From positions 67,409-131,408 of the forward strand of contig CALSLK010000003.1 in NCBI GenBank assembly GCA_943787175.1: a DNA stretch of 64,000 nt, read 5' to 3'. Positions 10,631-20,207 of this stretch are shown here, one piece after another. Position 1 is the first letter of the stretch. Each line of letters begins with the position of its first letter. The notes beneath the pieces are model-generated. The model ran no database searches. It was not told the origin of the DNA and saw only the letters and a list, made by a program, of their open reading frames with translations. A program made the translations under genes and the position numbers. The DNA comes from an uncultured Alphaproteobacteria bacterium (GTDB lineage: Bacteria > Pseudomonadota > Alphaproteobacteria > SP197).

Positions 10631-11461
10631 ATGAGTTTGAAAGATCTCAGTTACGTCCGGCATGAATATCCCGCTTTGCAGCGTGTGATGTTCCGCATGC
10701 TGGAGCTGATAAGCGGTCAGGCGCGTTTCCTGCGCACCTATGGTGATCACTTTGATCCCTGGTTGGACGCGATGCGCAGGCGCGAGCCCTGGGCGTGGAA
10801 TGACGGCCTCGACCGTCTGGGCATCGAACGCCGCATTCATGGTGAGGCCTGGCCTGTCGATGTTCCCAAGGGTCAGCCGATCGTGATGGTGGCCAATCAT
10901 CCCTTCGGCGTGCTCGACGGAACCACGATGCTGGCCCTGGCAGAACATCTGGAGCGCCCCATCAAGGTTATGATCGACAAGGCTTTGCTGCGCTTTGAGC
11001 CGCTGCGCGAATACGCCCTGCCGGTTGATTTCACGGAAACACAGGAAGCCAGGCAGACGAATGTGGAGAGCCGGCGCGAAGCCCGCGCTTGCCTCAGTCG
11101 TGGCGAGACCATCATTGTCTTTCCTGCTGCCGGCGTTGCAATAGCGCGCAACCCCTTTGGTCCGTCTGTCGATCAGCCCTGGGGTCCGCTGACGGCCAGC
11201 CTGATTCTCGATACCCAGGCAACCACGGTGCCGGTGTTCTTTCCCGGGCGGTGCAGCACAATGTTTCACCTGTTTGGCCGCATCAAACTCGACCTGCGTC
11301 GAACGCTGATGGCCAGTGAATTTTTCCGGCGCTGTGGCACGCCCATCGACCTTCATGTCGGCAAGCCGATCCCGGCAGGCGAGCTTGAGGCGATGGACGA
11401 TCGAACTGCGATCATGCAGCACCTCCGTGCGGTCGTGCATCAGCTCGGTGGTTTGCGATAA
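10631..11461 (+). CDS. Lysophospholipid / PlsC-family acyltransferase (hemolysin-like)
   Basis: HX4D acyltransferase motif (VANHPFGVLDG) and a PAAG-like motif (VFPAAGVAIA). Confidence 0.6.
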   Translation: MSLKDLSYVRHEYPALQRVMFRMLELISGQARFLRTYGDHFDPWLDAMRRREPWAWNDGLDRLGIERRIHGEAWPVDVPKGQPIVMVANHPFGVLDGTTMLALAEHLERPIKVMIDKALLRFEPLREYALPVDFTETQEARQTNVESRREARACLSRGETIIVFPAAGVAIARNPFGPSVDQPWGPLTASLILDTQATTVPVFFPGRCSTMFHLFGRIKLDLRRTLMASEFFRRCGTPIDLHVGKPIPAGELEAMDDRTAIMQHLRAVVHQLGGLR

Positions 11462-11474
11462 TTCCATCTGCTGG

Positions 11475-11500
11475 CGCTGCATTAATACAGCGCCTGATGC
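11475..11500. repeat. Inverted repeat CTGCAT-N14-ATGCAG in the intergenic region upstream of the sigma-54 promoter
   Basis: A perfect 6-bp inverted repeat seen directly in the sequence. Candidate upstream activator site or weak terminator. Confidence 0.3.
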
Positions 11501-11608
11501 AGAAATTCATCGATCGTTGACGTTCTGAAGCACACACAAATCTGGCGTGTTTTCCTAAGTTGTTGAAACACAAGAGAAATGTGAGTGGTTCCCAAGGGCG
11601 CGGACTCT

Positions 11609-11624
11609 TGGCATGCTGCTTGCT
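11609..11624 (+). promoter_or_regulatory. Sigma-54 (RpoN) -24/-12 promoter TGGCAT-GCTGC-TTGCT
   Basis: Matches the TGGCAC-N5-TTGCW consensus with exact GG-N10-GC spacing, about 65 bp upstream of the first GS-like gene. A GAFTGA-containing enhancer-binding protein is encoded in the same gene string. Confidence 0.6.
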
Positions 11625-11689
11625 GTCTAATTGTACAACAAGCGCTAGCCGGCAATGTATCGGAGCGCAGGGAATGAGGGGCTGAGGGC

Positions 11690-13048
11690 ATGGCAGCGAA
11701 GAAGTCTGCGCGCAAAACGGCGGAAAAAGGTGCGGTCGCACGGCTGCGCAAGCAGGGCGTGAAAACCGTCCACGTTGCGATCCCTGATATGGATGGAAGT
11801 CTGCGTGAACGGCGCCTGGCGCTGGACGACGTGGAAACGGCATTCGGGCCCGGCGGAACCTTCGTCAACGTGATCCACAAGTGGGATACCGGTGAAAGTG
11901 TGATTGGCGAACCACCGTTCATCGGCGAGGCCACGTCGCTCGACTGGAACAGCGTGCGCGACTATCCCTTTGAAGACGATTCAGCCTTTGTCTTTGCAGA
12001 CTTTGCCGGTCCGTCGGCAGCGCTCAGCCCCCGCGAACTTCTCAAAACCCAGATTGCGCGTGCTGCAAAGATGGGTTTTGCAGTCAAGGCTGCCATGGAA
12101 TTCGAGTTTCATGTGTTGGATGAAACAGCCGAAGCCTGTCGCGCCAAGGGCTTCGAGAATGTTGACATGTTTGCCCCCGACAACCGGTGTTGGTCGACAC
12201 AGTCTGCGGCAATCTATGCCGATTATGTGGCCGATCTTGATGCTGTCCTGAAACATGCAGGTGTTGGCCTGTTCGGACTGGGCCTGGAGCTTGGGCCCGG
12301 CTGTTTCGAAGCGACCCTGCGCGCGACCGATCCGCTGCGTGCCGCCGACGATGCGGTGCTGTTCAAGACTTTCACCAAAGCGTTTTCGCGCAGGCTGGGT
12401 CTGACAGCGACCTTCATGGCCCAGCTCAGTGCCAACCATGCCGGTCTTTCCGGCCACGTTCATTTGTCACTGGCTGATGCCAGATCCGGCAAACCGGTTT
12501 TCCACGATGCAAAGGATGCCGATGGCATGAGTGCGACCATGCGTCATGCAGTTGGTGGCATTGTTGAACTGGCACCTGAAGCCCTGGCCATGGCTGCTCA
12601 TACCGCAAATGCTTATCGTCGGCTGACGCCGGGAAACTGGGCGCCCAAGACCGCGACCTGGGCCGTGCAGAACTATGCGGCTGCGGTGCGCGCCGTTCCG
12701 GCCCCTGCCAAGCTGGCGCGCTTGGAATTCCGATTGCCGGCTTCCGATACCAACCCCTATCTGGCATTGGCCCTGACGCTGGGGTCTGCGCTGCATGGTA
12801 TTGAGACCAAGGCCAAACTGCCTGCACCCATCACACGTGGTGGTCCCGATGAAACGCCGGAAGGCGTTCCGGGCCTTCCTCATGACTTGTTGGAAGCTGC
12901 GGACCGCCTGGAGGCCTGTAAGCCCGCACGCGCCATGTTCGGCGACGTGTTCATCGATCATTTTGTCGCCACACGCCGCCACGAAGAAGCGGTCATTCGC
13001 AAACATGTCAGCGCCTTTGAAAGGGCGCGTTACATCGAGGCCGTCTGA
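11690..13048 (+). CDS. Glutamine synthetase family protein (gamma-glutamyl-amine ligase-like), paralog 1
   Basis: 452 aa with a GS catalytic-domain pattern (AMEFEFHVLDE, GLELGPGCFEATL, NAYRRLTPGNWAPK). Lacks the GlnA adenylylation features. Confidence 0.8.
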   Translation: MAAKKSARKTAEKGAVARLRKQGVKTVHVAIPDMDGSLRERRLALDDVETAFGPGGTFVNVIHKWDTGESVIGEPPFIGEATSLDWNSVRDYPFEDDSAFVFADFAGPSAALSPRELLKTQIARAAKMGFAVKAAMEFEFHVLDETAEACRAKGFENVDMFAPDNRCWSTQSAAIYADYVADLDAVLKHAGVGLFGLGLELGPGCFEATLRATDPLRAADDAVLFKTFTKAFSRRLGLTATFMAQLSANHAGLSGHVHLSLADARSGKPVFHDAKDADGMSATMRHAVGGIVELAPEALAMAAHTANAYRRLTPGNWAPKTATWAVQNYAAAVRAVPAPAKLARLEFRLPASDTNPYLALALTLGSALHGIETKAKLPAPITRGGPDETPEGVPGLPHDLLEAADRLEACKPARAMFGDVFIDHFVATRRHEEAVIRKHVSAFERARYIEAV

Positions 13049-13065
13049 CGGTTTCTCGGGGGAGA

Positions 13066-14541
13066 TTGAACTTGACCAAAGATGTTGATGCCTATGCCGA
13101 GGCACCCGGCCGCGCGGATCTGATCAAGCAGGTTCGCGCCAAGATCGATGAGCTGGGAATTGATTTCGTTTACTATCAGTACATCTCGATCACCGGACGC
13201 ATCATGGGCAAGGCGGTGCCTGCGCCCCATTGGGAAACGATTGCCATGAAGGGCATTCAGACCTGGGTCGGTGGCCTCACCAACGTCTTGCCGAACCGTG
13301 CAGGAACCCTGCTCGGGTTTGATTCCAACGCCCATGAACTGGTCGCGCTGCCGGATCCGGAAACGTTCTGTCAGCTTCCCTGGAACAAGCGGACCGCGCG
13401 GGTTTATTGCACCGTCTTCAACGGTCGCGAGGAACCTGAAAACCCCGGCGCGTTCATGGATGAAGATTGCCGAGGCAATTTGCGGCGCGTGAACCAGAAG
13501 TTCATGGACGATCATGACGGTCTGCACATGCGCCACGGTTGCGAGCCCGAGATGGCTTGGCTGTACAAGCCTGAGGACGGGAAGTTGCAGGGTGGGCCGA
13601 CCAAGCCGTTGGCCTATCACATCGATCAGTTCGAAGAGCTTTCCAGCGTCTACATGAAGGTCATCGACTACGGTCAGGCCATGGGGCTCGACATGATCCA
13701 GGGCGATCACGAAGATGCGCCTGGCCAGCTGGAGCTCAACTTCACCTATGACGAAGCCCTGCGCACGGCAGATCGCCTGACGACCTATCGTCAGATCTGC
13801 GCCCAGGTCGCACGTGAAGAAGGCCTGATCGCCTGCTTCATGTCCAAGCCGTTCCTTGGTGTCACGGCCAATGGTTGCCATCACAACATCTCGTTGTGGC
13901 GCGGTGGTGAGGGTGAAGTCGTTTCGCATGTTGATGAGCCACGTCCGGGGATGGATGGCGTATTCGAACATCGTGTGGGCGGCGATAACCTGTTCTACAG
14001 CGGCCCCGACGACTGGATGCCAGGGCCAACCGGGCTCCAGGCCATCGGTGGCATCATGGAGCATCTCCCGGCTCTGACCGCGATTGGGTCATCGACCGTG
14101 AATTCCTATCGCCGCATGCTGGATCTTGGCATGTGGGCGCCGGTCTATGCCGATTGGGGTTTCCAGAACCGCACCACTGCGCTGCGTGTTTCCGCGCCGG
14201 GCCGCCTTGAGTACCGCGCGGTTGATTCCATGGTGAACCCGTACCTGATGGCCGCAACGCTGATCGGTGCCATGGACGATGGGATCAAACGCAACATTGA
14301 TCCCGGTGAACCGGAACAGCGCAACATCTATGACGCCATGGAAGCGGGCAAGGAAGTCAAACGCCTGCCCAAGTACTTTGGTGACGCGCTTGATGCGCTG
14401 GCTGCCGACGAGGTCGTGAAATCTGCGATGCCAGGCGGGCTCTACGATATCTATGACGAGTACAAGCGTGACGAATGGGATCGTTTCAATGCCGAGGTAA
14501 GCAGTTGGGATGTCGAAAAATATCTCGACTGCCTGCCATAA
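13066..14541 (+). CDS. Glutamine synthetase family protein (GlnA-like N-terminal beta-grasp plus catalytic domain), paralog 2
   Basis: 491 aa with GS-family motifs (HGCEPEMAWLY, QLELNFTYDEAL, NSYRRMLDLGMWAPVYADWGFQNR). TTG start with a GGGGGAG Shine-Dalgarno upstream. Confidence 0.8.
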   Translation: MNLTKDVDAYAEAPGRADLIKQVRAKIDELGIDFVYYQYISITGRIMGKAVPAPHWETIAMKGIQTWVGGLTNVLPNRAGTLLGFDSNAHELVALPDPETFCQLPWNKRTARVYCTVFNGREEPENPGAFMDEDCRGNLRRVNQKFMDDHDGLHMRHGCEPEMAWLYKPEDGKLQGGPTKPLAYHIDQFEELSSVYMKVIDYGQAMGLDMIQGDHEDAPGQLELNFTYDEALRTADRLTTYRQICAQVAREEGLIACFMSKPFLGVTANGCHHNISLWRGGEGEVVSHVDEPRPGMDGVFEHRVGGDNLFYSGPDDWMPGPTGLQAIGGIMEHLPALTAIGSSTVNSYRRMLDLGMWAPVYADWGFQNRTTALRVSAPGRLEYRAVDSMVNPYLMAATLIGAMDDGIKRNIDPGEPEQRNIYDAMEAGKEVKRLPKYFGDALDALAADEVVKSAMPGGLYDIYDEYKRDEWDRFNAEVSSWDVEKYLDCLP

Positions 14542-14553
14542 GAGGAGGACCGA

Positions 14554-15420
14554 ATGTTCGAACTGACCAAGGATCAGGTCACCAGTTTTCGGGACGACGG
14601 TTACGTCTTCGCCCAGAACATGGTCGATGAGTCGACCATTGAGACAGCGCACGAGAGCTTTGAGCGCATGTTCCGAGGTGAATTTTCGACCGGGGTTTTA
14701 CCCGATGAGGTGAACTGGCAGGAGGGCAAGAGCGACCCTTCGCTGACACGCCAGATCTGCTGCGGTTGGAGAGGCGATTATGACATTGCGCGCACAGTGC
14801 TTCGCGCTGATATCGGTCGTGCCTGTGCAACGCTTGCAGGCTGGCCGGGCGCCCGTGTCTTTGTCGATAATGTGCTTTGGAAACCGGCGGGAACGCGCTC
14901 ACTGGGTCTCCATCAGGATGCAGCCTATCTGCCCTGGATGAATCCTCAGGAAATGGTGTCCTGTTGGATCGCATTGGATGATACGACCGCCAATGGCGGG
15001 ACCATGGAAGTCGTGAAGGGCTCGCACAAGTGGGCTGTTTCCAAGCCCGAAGGCGAGTTTCATGGCCCCGAGGACTATCAAAAACAGATGCGTCTTGCTG
15101 CTGCCAACGAGGGTGTCGAAGATCCTGAGGTCGTTCCCATTGTGGTGAAGAAGGGTTCGGGATCCTTCCATCATGGTCGTACCTGGCATGGATCGGGCCC
15201 CAACGAGTCTGGAAATCCGCGTCGCTCACTGGTGGTGCACTGCATTTCATCGGAGACTCAGTTCGTTCCCGAACACATCGGTATTGGGGTTGGGCCGGTG
15301 TACGGTCGGTACATGCGCCGGGATGGCAACCCGGTGATGGACGAGGCCTATTTTCCGATCCTGTGGACCCAGGACGGTTATCGTACGCCTTGGGTCGATG
15401 ACTATATGGCTGCTGCCTGA
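14554..15420 (+). CDS. Phytanoyl-CoA dioxygenase (PhyH) family Fe(II)/2-oxoglutarate-dependent oxygenase
   Basis: HxD facial-triad motif (LGLHQDAAY) and distal His (GSFHHGRTWHGSGPN). 288 aa. Confidence 0.8.
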   Translation: MFELTKDQVTSFRDDGYVFAQNMVDESTIETAHESFERMFRGEFSTGVLPDEVNWQEGKSDPSLTRQICCGWRGDYDIARTVLRADIGRACATLAGWPGARVFVDNVLWKPAGTRSLGLHQDAAYLPWMNPQEMVSCWIALDDTTANGGTMEVVKGSHKWAVSKPEGEFHGPEDYQKQMRLAAANEGVEDPEVVPIVVKKGSGSFHHGRTWHGSGPNESGNPRRSLVVHCISSETQFVPEHIGIGVGPVYGRYMRRDGNPVMDEAYFPILWTQDGYRTPWVDDYMAAA

Positions 15421-16295
15421 TGACGAATGCAGGCATCACCGCTGACACCGTGACTCACGCGGGGCATGATGCCCTCGACAAAGCGTCACGTGCCGAGCTT
15501 GATGTTCTGCGCGGCATTCTCGAAACCTCGCGCGATGCCTGCTGGTGTATCGAATACGATGAGCCGGTCGATATGACCGCACCAGAGCCTGAGATTTTGC
15601 GGCAGTTTTTCGAGAACGTATCGTTCTGGCGTCTCTGCAACGACGCGATGGCAAAGCTCTACAAGTTGCCGGCGGGCCTCGATTTCAATGAGCAGTCCGT
15701 GCGGTTCTACTTTCCGCGTAACGGCGACAACGAGAACTTTGTGCGCCAACTGATACGCGCAAAATTCAACATGGATGACGTGCCCTCGGTTGATAAACGC
15801 CACGACGGCAGCGTGATGCATGCTCAAAACGATGTTCGTGCCGACATTCGTGATGGAGACCTGCACAGGCTGTGGGGCACGGTGCGTGATATCAGCGCCT
15901 TCAAACATGCCGAACAGGAGCTGACACGCCAGCTTGGTGCCATGCAGGATGTTCTGACTGCCTTGCCAGATCCGGTGCTGGTGATTGATGGTGAAGGTGT
16001 TGTCGAAGCAGCCAATCCGGCGCTTGAGGCATGCCTTGGGTTCGATCTCGATACGCTCCTTGGGCGTCACCTTGATGACTTGATTGATTCGAATGGAGGC
16101 TTTGCAGGCCTGGCATCGCGGCTGCGTCGGCTGGGAAGCCCGCTGCGCTGCGATGTTTCCATGGTCACGACTGCGGGTCATCGACGGGATGCCGAAATGA
16201 ACCTGGCACGGTCCAGCGATGGGGATGGTGCGGTGCGGTTTGTCGCAAGCCTGCGTTTGCGCGATGACCATCCATCGGTGGCGGCAATGTCATGA
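15420..16295 (+). CDS. PAS-domain sensor protein, possibly the N-terminal part of the downstream enhancer-binding protein
   Basis: PAS-like folds and no output domain. The stop overlaps the next start (ATGA). Confidence 0.55.
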   Translation: MTNAGITADTVTHAGHDALDKASRAELDVLRGILETSRDACWCIEYDEPVDMTAPEPEILRQFFENVSFWRLCNDAMAKLYKLPAGLDFNEQSVRFYFPRNGDNENFVRQLIRAKFNMDDVPSVDKRHDGSVMHAQNDVRADIRDGDLHRLWGTVRDISAFKHAEQELTRQLGAMQDVLTALPDPVLVIDGEGVVEAANPALEACLGFDLDTLLGRHLDDLIDSNGGFAGLASRLRRLGSPLRCDVSMVTTAGHRRDAEMNLARSSDGDGAVRFVASLRLRDDHPSVAAMS

Positions 16296-17707
16296 GATTT
16301 CGCGGGTTCGACGTCAGCCATCACGATGACTCCGTTCCGGCCGCTGATGTCCTGGCTTCCATGGGAAGCGCCGGTCTTGGCGCTATCGCGGAGGCCCTGC
16401 CTGACGGCCTGGTTGCGTTCGATGCTTCCGGCGTTGTGGTGCTCTACAACCAGGCCGCAGAATCGATCCATGATGTCGCACGCGACAGGGCCCTGGATGC
16501 ACGCCTGGAAGAACTGGTCGAGGACAGTTCACTCGATTGTGCCGAACTTTCCGAAGCTGTGTTGGCGAAACGGCGTAGCGACCTTTTTGCGCGAACCAGT
16601 GATGGTCGATCCATTCTGGTTTCGGTGCGGCCCGTGCGCGATCGCCGTCGCGAAGCAATGCTGACGCTGGTGGTTTTGCGCGATCTGGACGTAATCGACC
16701 ATCAACGTGATGCAGGTAACCGCCATGGCGCAGCTGAGACCTTCCGGTTTCGTGCCAGCAGCTCTCTGGGAACAAGCGTTGATCGCGACCTCCTTCTGGA
16801 AGGCGACCTTGAACGTGCTGTTGGATTTGGCATCCGTGCCATGGAAAGACGTGCGCGGGTTTTGATCACGGGCGAAACCGGTGTTGGCAAGACTGCGATT
16901 GCGCGCCACTTGCACGATGCTGTGTGTGGTTCGGCCCGGCCGTTCGTCCAGGTCAATTGCGGCAGCATTCCTGAGACCCTGTTTGAATCCGAGATGTTCG
17001 GCTATGAGCGTGGCGCATTCACCGGTGCATTGCAGGGCGGCAAGAAGGGCCTGATCGAATCTGCGGCAGGTGGCACCCTGTTCCTGGATGAAGTGGGCGA
17101 GATACCGCTGCAATGTCAGGCCAAACTCCTGAAGTTTCTTGAGGATGGATCGGTTCAACGTGTGGGTGGTGCGACGTCGCGTCGTGTCGATGTGCGCATT
17201 CTTGCAGCGACCAACCGTGATCTCGAGACCATGATCGGCGCAGGCTCCTTCCGGCGTGACCTGTTCCATCGCCTGAAGGTGTTGACCATCGATGTTCCTC
17301 CGCTGCGTGAGCAGCCTGAACTCATAGAGCCATTGATTGCCAGGTTGCTCGACCGCGTGAACGCCGGCCGAAAACCGGTACTGCGACTCGATGATGCCTG
17401 CCGCGCCAGGCTGGGGACCTATTCCTATCCCGGAAACATTCGCGAGCTGGCAAACATCCTGGAGCGCCTGTCTGTCATCTGTGATTCGATTGCGACCGTT
17501 GCGGATCTTGAAGAAGGCGCTGTGCCTGTCACCACCGGTTCGTCGATCGATGACACGATGCCGTTGAAAGATCGGGTGCGGGCTTACGAACATGGTCTGA
17601 TTGACGAAGCCGTGAGGCGTCATGGCAGCAAACGCAAGGCCGCAAGAGCGTTGGGAGTCGACATTGGTACGGTGGTTCGCAAGACGCAAGGGGGAAGGCG
17701 GATATGA
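16292..17707 (+). CDS. Sigma-54-dependent transcriptional activator (PAS, AAA+ sigma-54 interaction domain, Fis-type HTH)
   Basis: Walker A GETGVGKT, GAFTGA motif (ERGAFTGA), sigma-54 interaction region and a C-terminal HTH (KRKAARALGVDIGTVVRK). Confidence 0.85.
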   Translation: MRFRGFDVSHHDDSVPAADVLASMGSAGLGAIAEALPDGLVAFDASGVVVLYNQAAESIHDVARDRALDARLEELVEDSSLDCAELSEAVLAKRRSDLFARTSDGRSILVSVRPVRDRRREAMLTLVVLRDLDVIDHQRDAGNRHGAAETFRFRASSSLGTSVDRDLLLEGDLERAVGFGIRAMERRARVLITGETGVGKTAIARHLHDAVCGSARPFVQVNCGSIPETLFESEMFGYERGAFTGALQGGKKGLIESAAGGTLFLDEVGEIPLQCQAKLLKFLEDGSVQRVGGATSRRVDVRILAATNRDLETMIGAGSFRRDLFHRLKVLTIDVPPLREQPELIEPLIARLLDRVNAGRKPVLRLDDACRARLGTYSYPGNIRELANILERLSVICDSIATVADLEEGAVPVTTGSSIDDTMPLKDRVRAYEHGLIDEAVRRHGSKRKAARALGVDIGTVVRKTQGGRRI

Positions 17708-17912
17708 CACGCTTCACTTGCATGTCTGACATGAACAACACCCATGAATTTGTGAATTCGGGTGGCGGCGCCCCGATGGGTCTGATGGCCCGACTAACTG
17801 CGCCGTATCCTATCCCCCCGAACGGCGTTAGAAAGGTTCTCTTGCGCCGCCGGGGTACTTCACCCCACCAAAGAGCGGTGGTAACAATGGGCAATGGAGG
17901 AGGCTTTAAGCC

Positions 17913-18983
17913 ATGAAGACGATTGGTACCAAACTGGGAACGGCAGTTGCTGCCGCGGCCCTCGCTGTCACAGGCTTTGCCGGTGCAGCACATGCCGAAG
18001 GTGAGCTCAATCTGCTTACCTGGGAAGGTTACACCGACGAGAGCTTCGTTTCGGTGTTTGAGGCGAATACCGGCTGCAAGGTCACGCCGACCTATGTTGG
18101 CTCGAACGACGAGTTTCCGGCCAAGCTGGCCGGCGGCGGCGGCGTCTATGATCTAGTCTCGCCTTCGGTCGATACCACGACCATTCTGATGAAGGCTGGC
18201 CTGGTCGAGGAGATCGATGTCAGCCGACTGGAGAACTGGGATCAGGTGTTCCCTCAGTTCAGCAGTCATAGCGGTGTGAACCATGATGGTGGCGTCTATG
18301 GCGTACCCTATACGTGGGGTGCCATTCCGTTCATGTACCGTGCCGACTCGTTCGACGAAGCCCCGACATCGATCATGCAGCTCTGGGAAGATGAATCCCT
18401 CAGCGGCAAGGTCAGCCTGTGGGATGACAAGACCAACATCTATGTTGTTGCGCGCATGATCTATGGCAACGATGTCAACGTCTATGATCTCTCTGATGAT
18501 CAGTTGGCAGCAGTCCGCGACAAGCTCATCGAACTCAAGCCTGCGATCCGCAAGTACTGGTCGACGGCCGGTGAACTTGTGAACCTCTATGCCAATGGCG
18601 AGGTCACGATCTCCAACACCTGGGGCGGCTATCAGTCTGCTCTGTTGGCCGATGAAGGCATCGAGATGATCGAATTCATCCCAGCCGAGAACGCCGATGG
18701 CTGGGCTGATGCCTGGCAGATCGTTGCTGGTTCGCCCAATGAGGATTGTGCCTATCAGTGGCTCAACTTCTCGATCAGCCCTGAAGGTCAGTGTGGCGTT
18801 GTTGGAATCACCGGTTATTCCGGCTCCAACCCGACCGCGCTTGGCACCTGCAAGAGCGATGAAGAAATGATGATGCTGCACATGGACGACTTCGGCTATC
18901 TCGATAGCCTTGTCCTGTGGCAGGAGCCTGCTCGTGTTGATGCCTACATCAACACCTGGAATGCCGTGAAGGCCGCGCAGTAA
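17913..18983 (+). CDS. ABC transporter periplasmic substrate-binding protein, PotD/PotF (polyamine/opine) family
   Basis: Signal peptide (AAALAVTGFAGAAHA) and PotD-like fold signatures. 356 aa. Confidence 0.8.
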   Translation: MKTIGTKLGTAVAAAALAVTGFAGAAHAEGELNLLTWEGYTDESFVSVFEANTGCKVTPTYVGSNDEFPAKLAGGGGVYDLVSPSVDTTTILMKAGLVEEIDVSRLENWDQVFPQFSSHSGVNHDGGVYGVPYTWGAIPFMYRADSFDEAPTSIMQLWEDESLSGKVSLWDDKTNIYVVARMIYGNDVNVYDLSDDQLAAVRDKLIELKPAIRKYWSTAGELVNLYANGEVTISNTWGGYQSALLADEGIEMIEFIPAENADGWADAWQIVAGSPNEDCAYQWLNFSISPEGQCGVVGITGYSGSNPTALGTCKSDEEMMMLHMDDFGYLDSLVLWQEPARVDAYINTWNAVKAAQ

Positions 18984-19073
18984 GCGACCTTCTACCAACG
19001 TTCGGGCCGGTTCGGCTGATCTGAACCGGCCCGTAACGTTCTCTTTCTCTTGGACGAACTGCGGTGTGACGTG

Positions 19074-20207
19074 ATGGCCAACATTCTTGAACTCAGTAAC
19101 CTGACCAAGACGTTTCGCGGTGGCGTGGTCGCTGTCGACAACATCTCGCTCGATATCAGCGAGGGTGAGTTTCTGACCATGCTGGGCCCGTCTGGCTGTG
19201 GCAAAACAACCACACTGCGCATGATCGGCGGCTTCGAGTATCCAGACAGTGGCTCGATCCTGCTCGATGGCCAGGACGTGACCGACAATCCGCCCTATCG
19301 GCGCCCGGTCAACATGATGTTTCAGGATTTCGCGCTGTTCCCTCATATGAATTCTGCCGAGAACATTGGTTATGGACTAAAGATTGCAGGCGTTTCCCGT
19401 GGCGAGATTGACGAGCGCGTCAAACGCATGCTCGACATGATCGAATTGCCTCTGATGGGTGATCGGCTGCCTTCTCAGCTCTCTATCGGCCAGCGCCAGC
19501 GGATCGCTTTGGCGCGCGCGCTGATCAACAATCCTCGTGTTCTCCTTCTGGATGAGCCGATGTCGGCGCTTGACGCCAAGCTGAAAGAGACGATGCAGAT
19601 CGAGTTGCGGCACATTCACGACCGCATTGGCATTACCTTCATCATGGTGACCCATGATCAGACAGAATCCATGATCATGTCGGATCGCATCATTGTCATG
19701 CATGCCGGTAGGATCGAGCAGATCGGTTCGGCTACGGAACTCTATGATCACCCCCACAGCGCCTATGTCGCCGAATTCCTGGGTACCTCCAACATGATTC
19801 CCGCGACGGTCACCAAGGATGGCTCCAGCCTGATGGCACGGGCTGGCGACCTCTCCATTGCGGTTGATGACGATGGCTCGGGAATTGTGGATGGCTCCGT
19901 GCGTTCGCTTTTCATCAGGCCCGAAAAGATCCGACTACTTGGTGATGGCGGTGTCGCCTATGACGGCGCCAGCGTGTTCACCGGGAAGGTGAAAGAACTG
20001 TTTTTCAGCGGTAACGCAGTGCGGATCGACCTTGACGTTGGTGCTGACCGTCCCGTCATGGTGCACCATCAGCTCGACACCGGCCTGGAACAGGCCGGCC
20101 TGCCCACGATTGGTGAAACGGCAACCTGTTCGGTGCGTCCTGAAACTGTGCGTCTGTTTGATATTGCAGAGGTCGCAGCGGTGGAAGCTGAAGGGGTTGG
20201 CGCATGA
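19074..20207 (+). CDS. ABC transporter ATP-binding protein, PotA/PotG-like
   Basis: Walker A GPSGCGKTT, ABC signature LSIGQRQRIALARAL, Walker B LLLDEP and a C-terminal TOBE-like regulatory domain. Confidence 0.85.
   Translation: MANILELSNLTKTFRGGVVAVDNISLDISEGEFLTMLGPSGCGKTTTLRMIGGFEYPDSGSILLDGQDVTDNPPYRRPVNMMFQDFALFPHMNSAENIGYGLKIAGVSRGEIDERVKRMLDMIELPLMGDRLPSQLSIGQRQRIALARALINNPRVLLLDEPMSALDAKLKETMQIELRHIHDRIGITFIMVTHDQTESMIMSDRIIVMHAGRIEQIGSATELYDHPHSAYVAEFLGTSNMIPATVTKDGSSLMARAGDLSIAVDDDGSGIVDGSVRSLFIRPEKIRLLGDGGVAYDGASVFTGKVKELFFSGNAVRIDLDVGADRPVMVHHQLDTGLEQAGLPTIGETATCSVRPETVRLFDIAEVAAVEAEGVGA

Noticed and set aside
10478-11482. 334-aa minus-strand ORF
   Set aside because: Antisense to the acyltransferase gene. 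Low-complexity Arg/His-rich translation typical of GC-rich shadow ORFs.
13030-14064. 344-aa minus-strand ORF
   Set aside because: Antisense to the second GS-like gene, whose conserved GS-family motifs make it the real coding frame.
14579-15448. 289-aa minus-strand ORF
   Set aside because: Antisense to the PhyH-family gene. Its Arg/Pro/Ser-rich composition indicates a shadow ORF.
16529-17710. 393-aa minus-strand ORF
   Set aside because: Antisense to the sigma-54 activator, which has unambiguous Walker A and GAFTGA motifs.
17785-17805. Sigma-54-like TGGCCC-N-CTGC sequence upstream of the ABC transporter
   Set aside because: GG to GC spacing is 11 nt instead of 10 and the -12 element is CTGC rather than TTGC. 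Not a credible RpoN site. The transporter may instead be read through from, or co-regulated with, the upstream operon.
18153-19346. 397-aa minus-strand ORF spanning the SBP and ATPase genes
   Set aside because: Antisense to two convincing ABC-transporter genes. No motifs.
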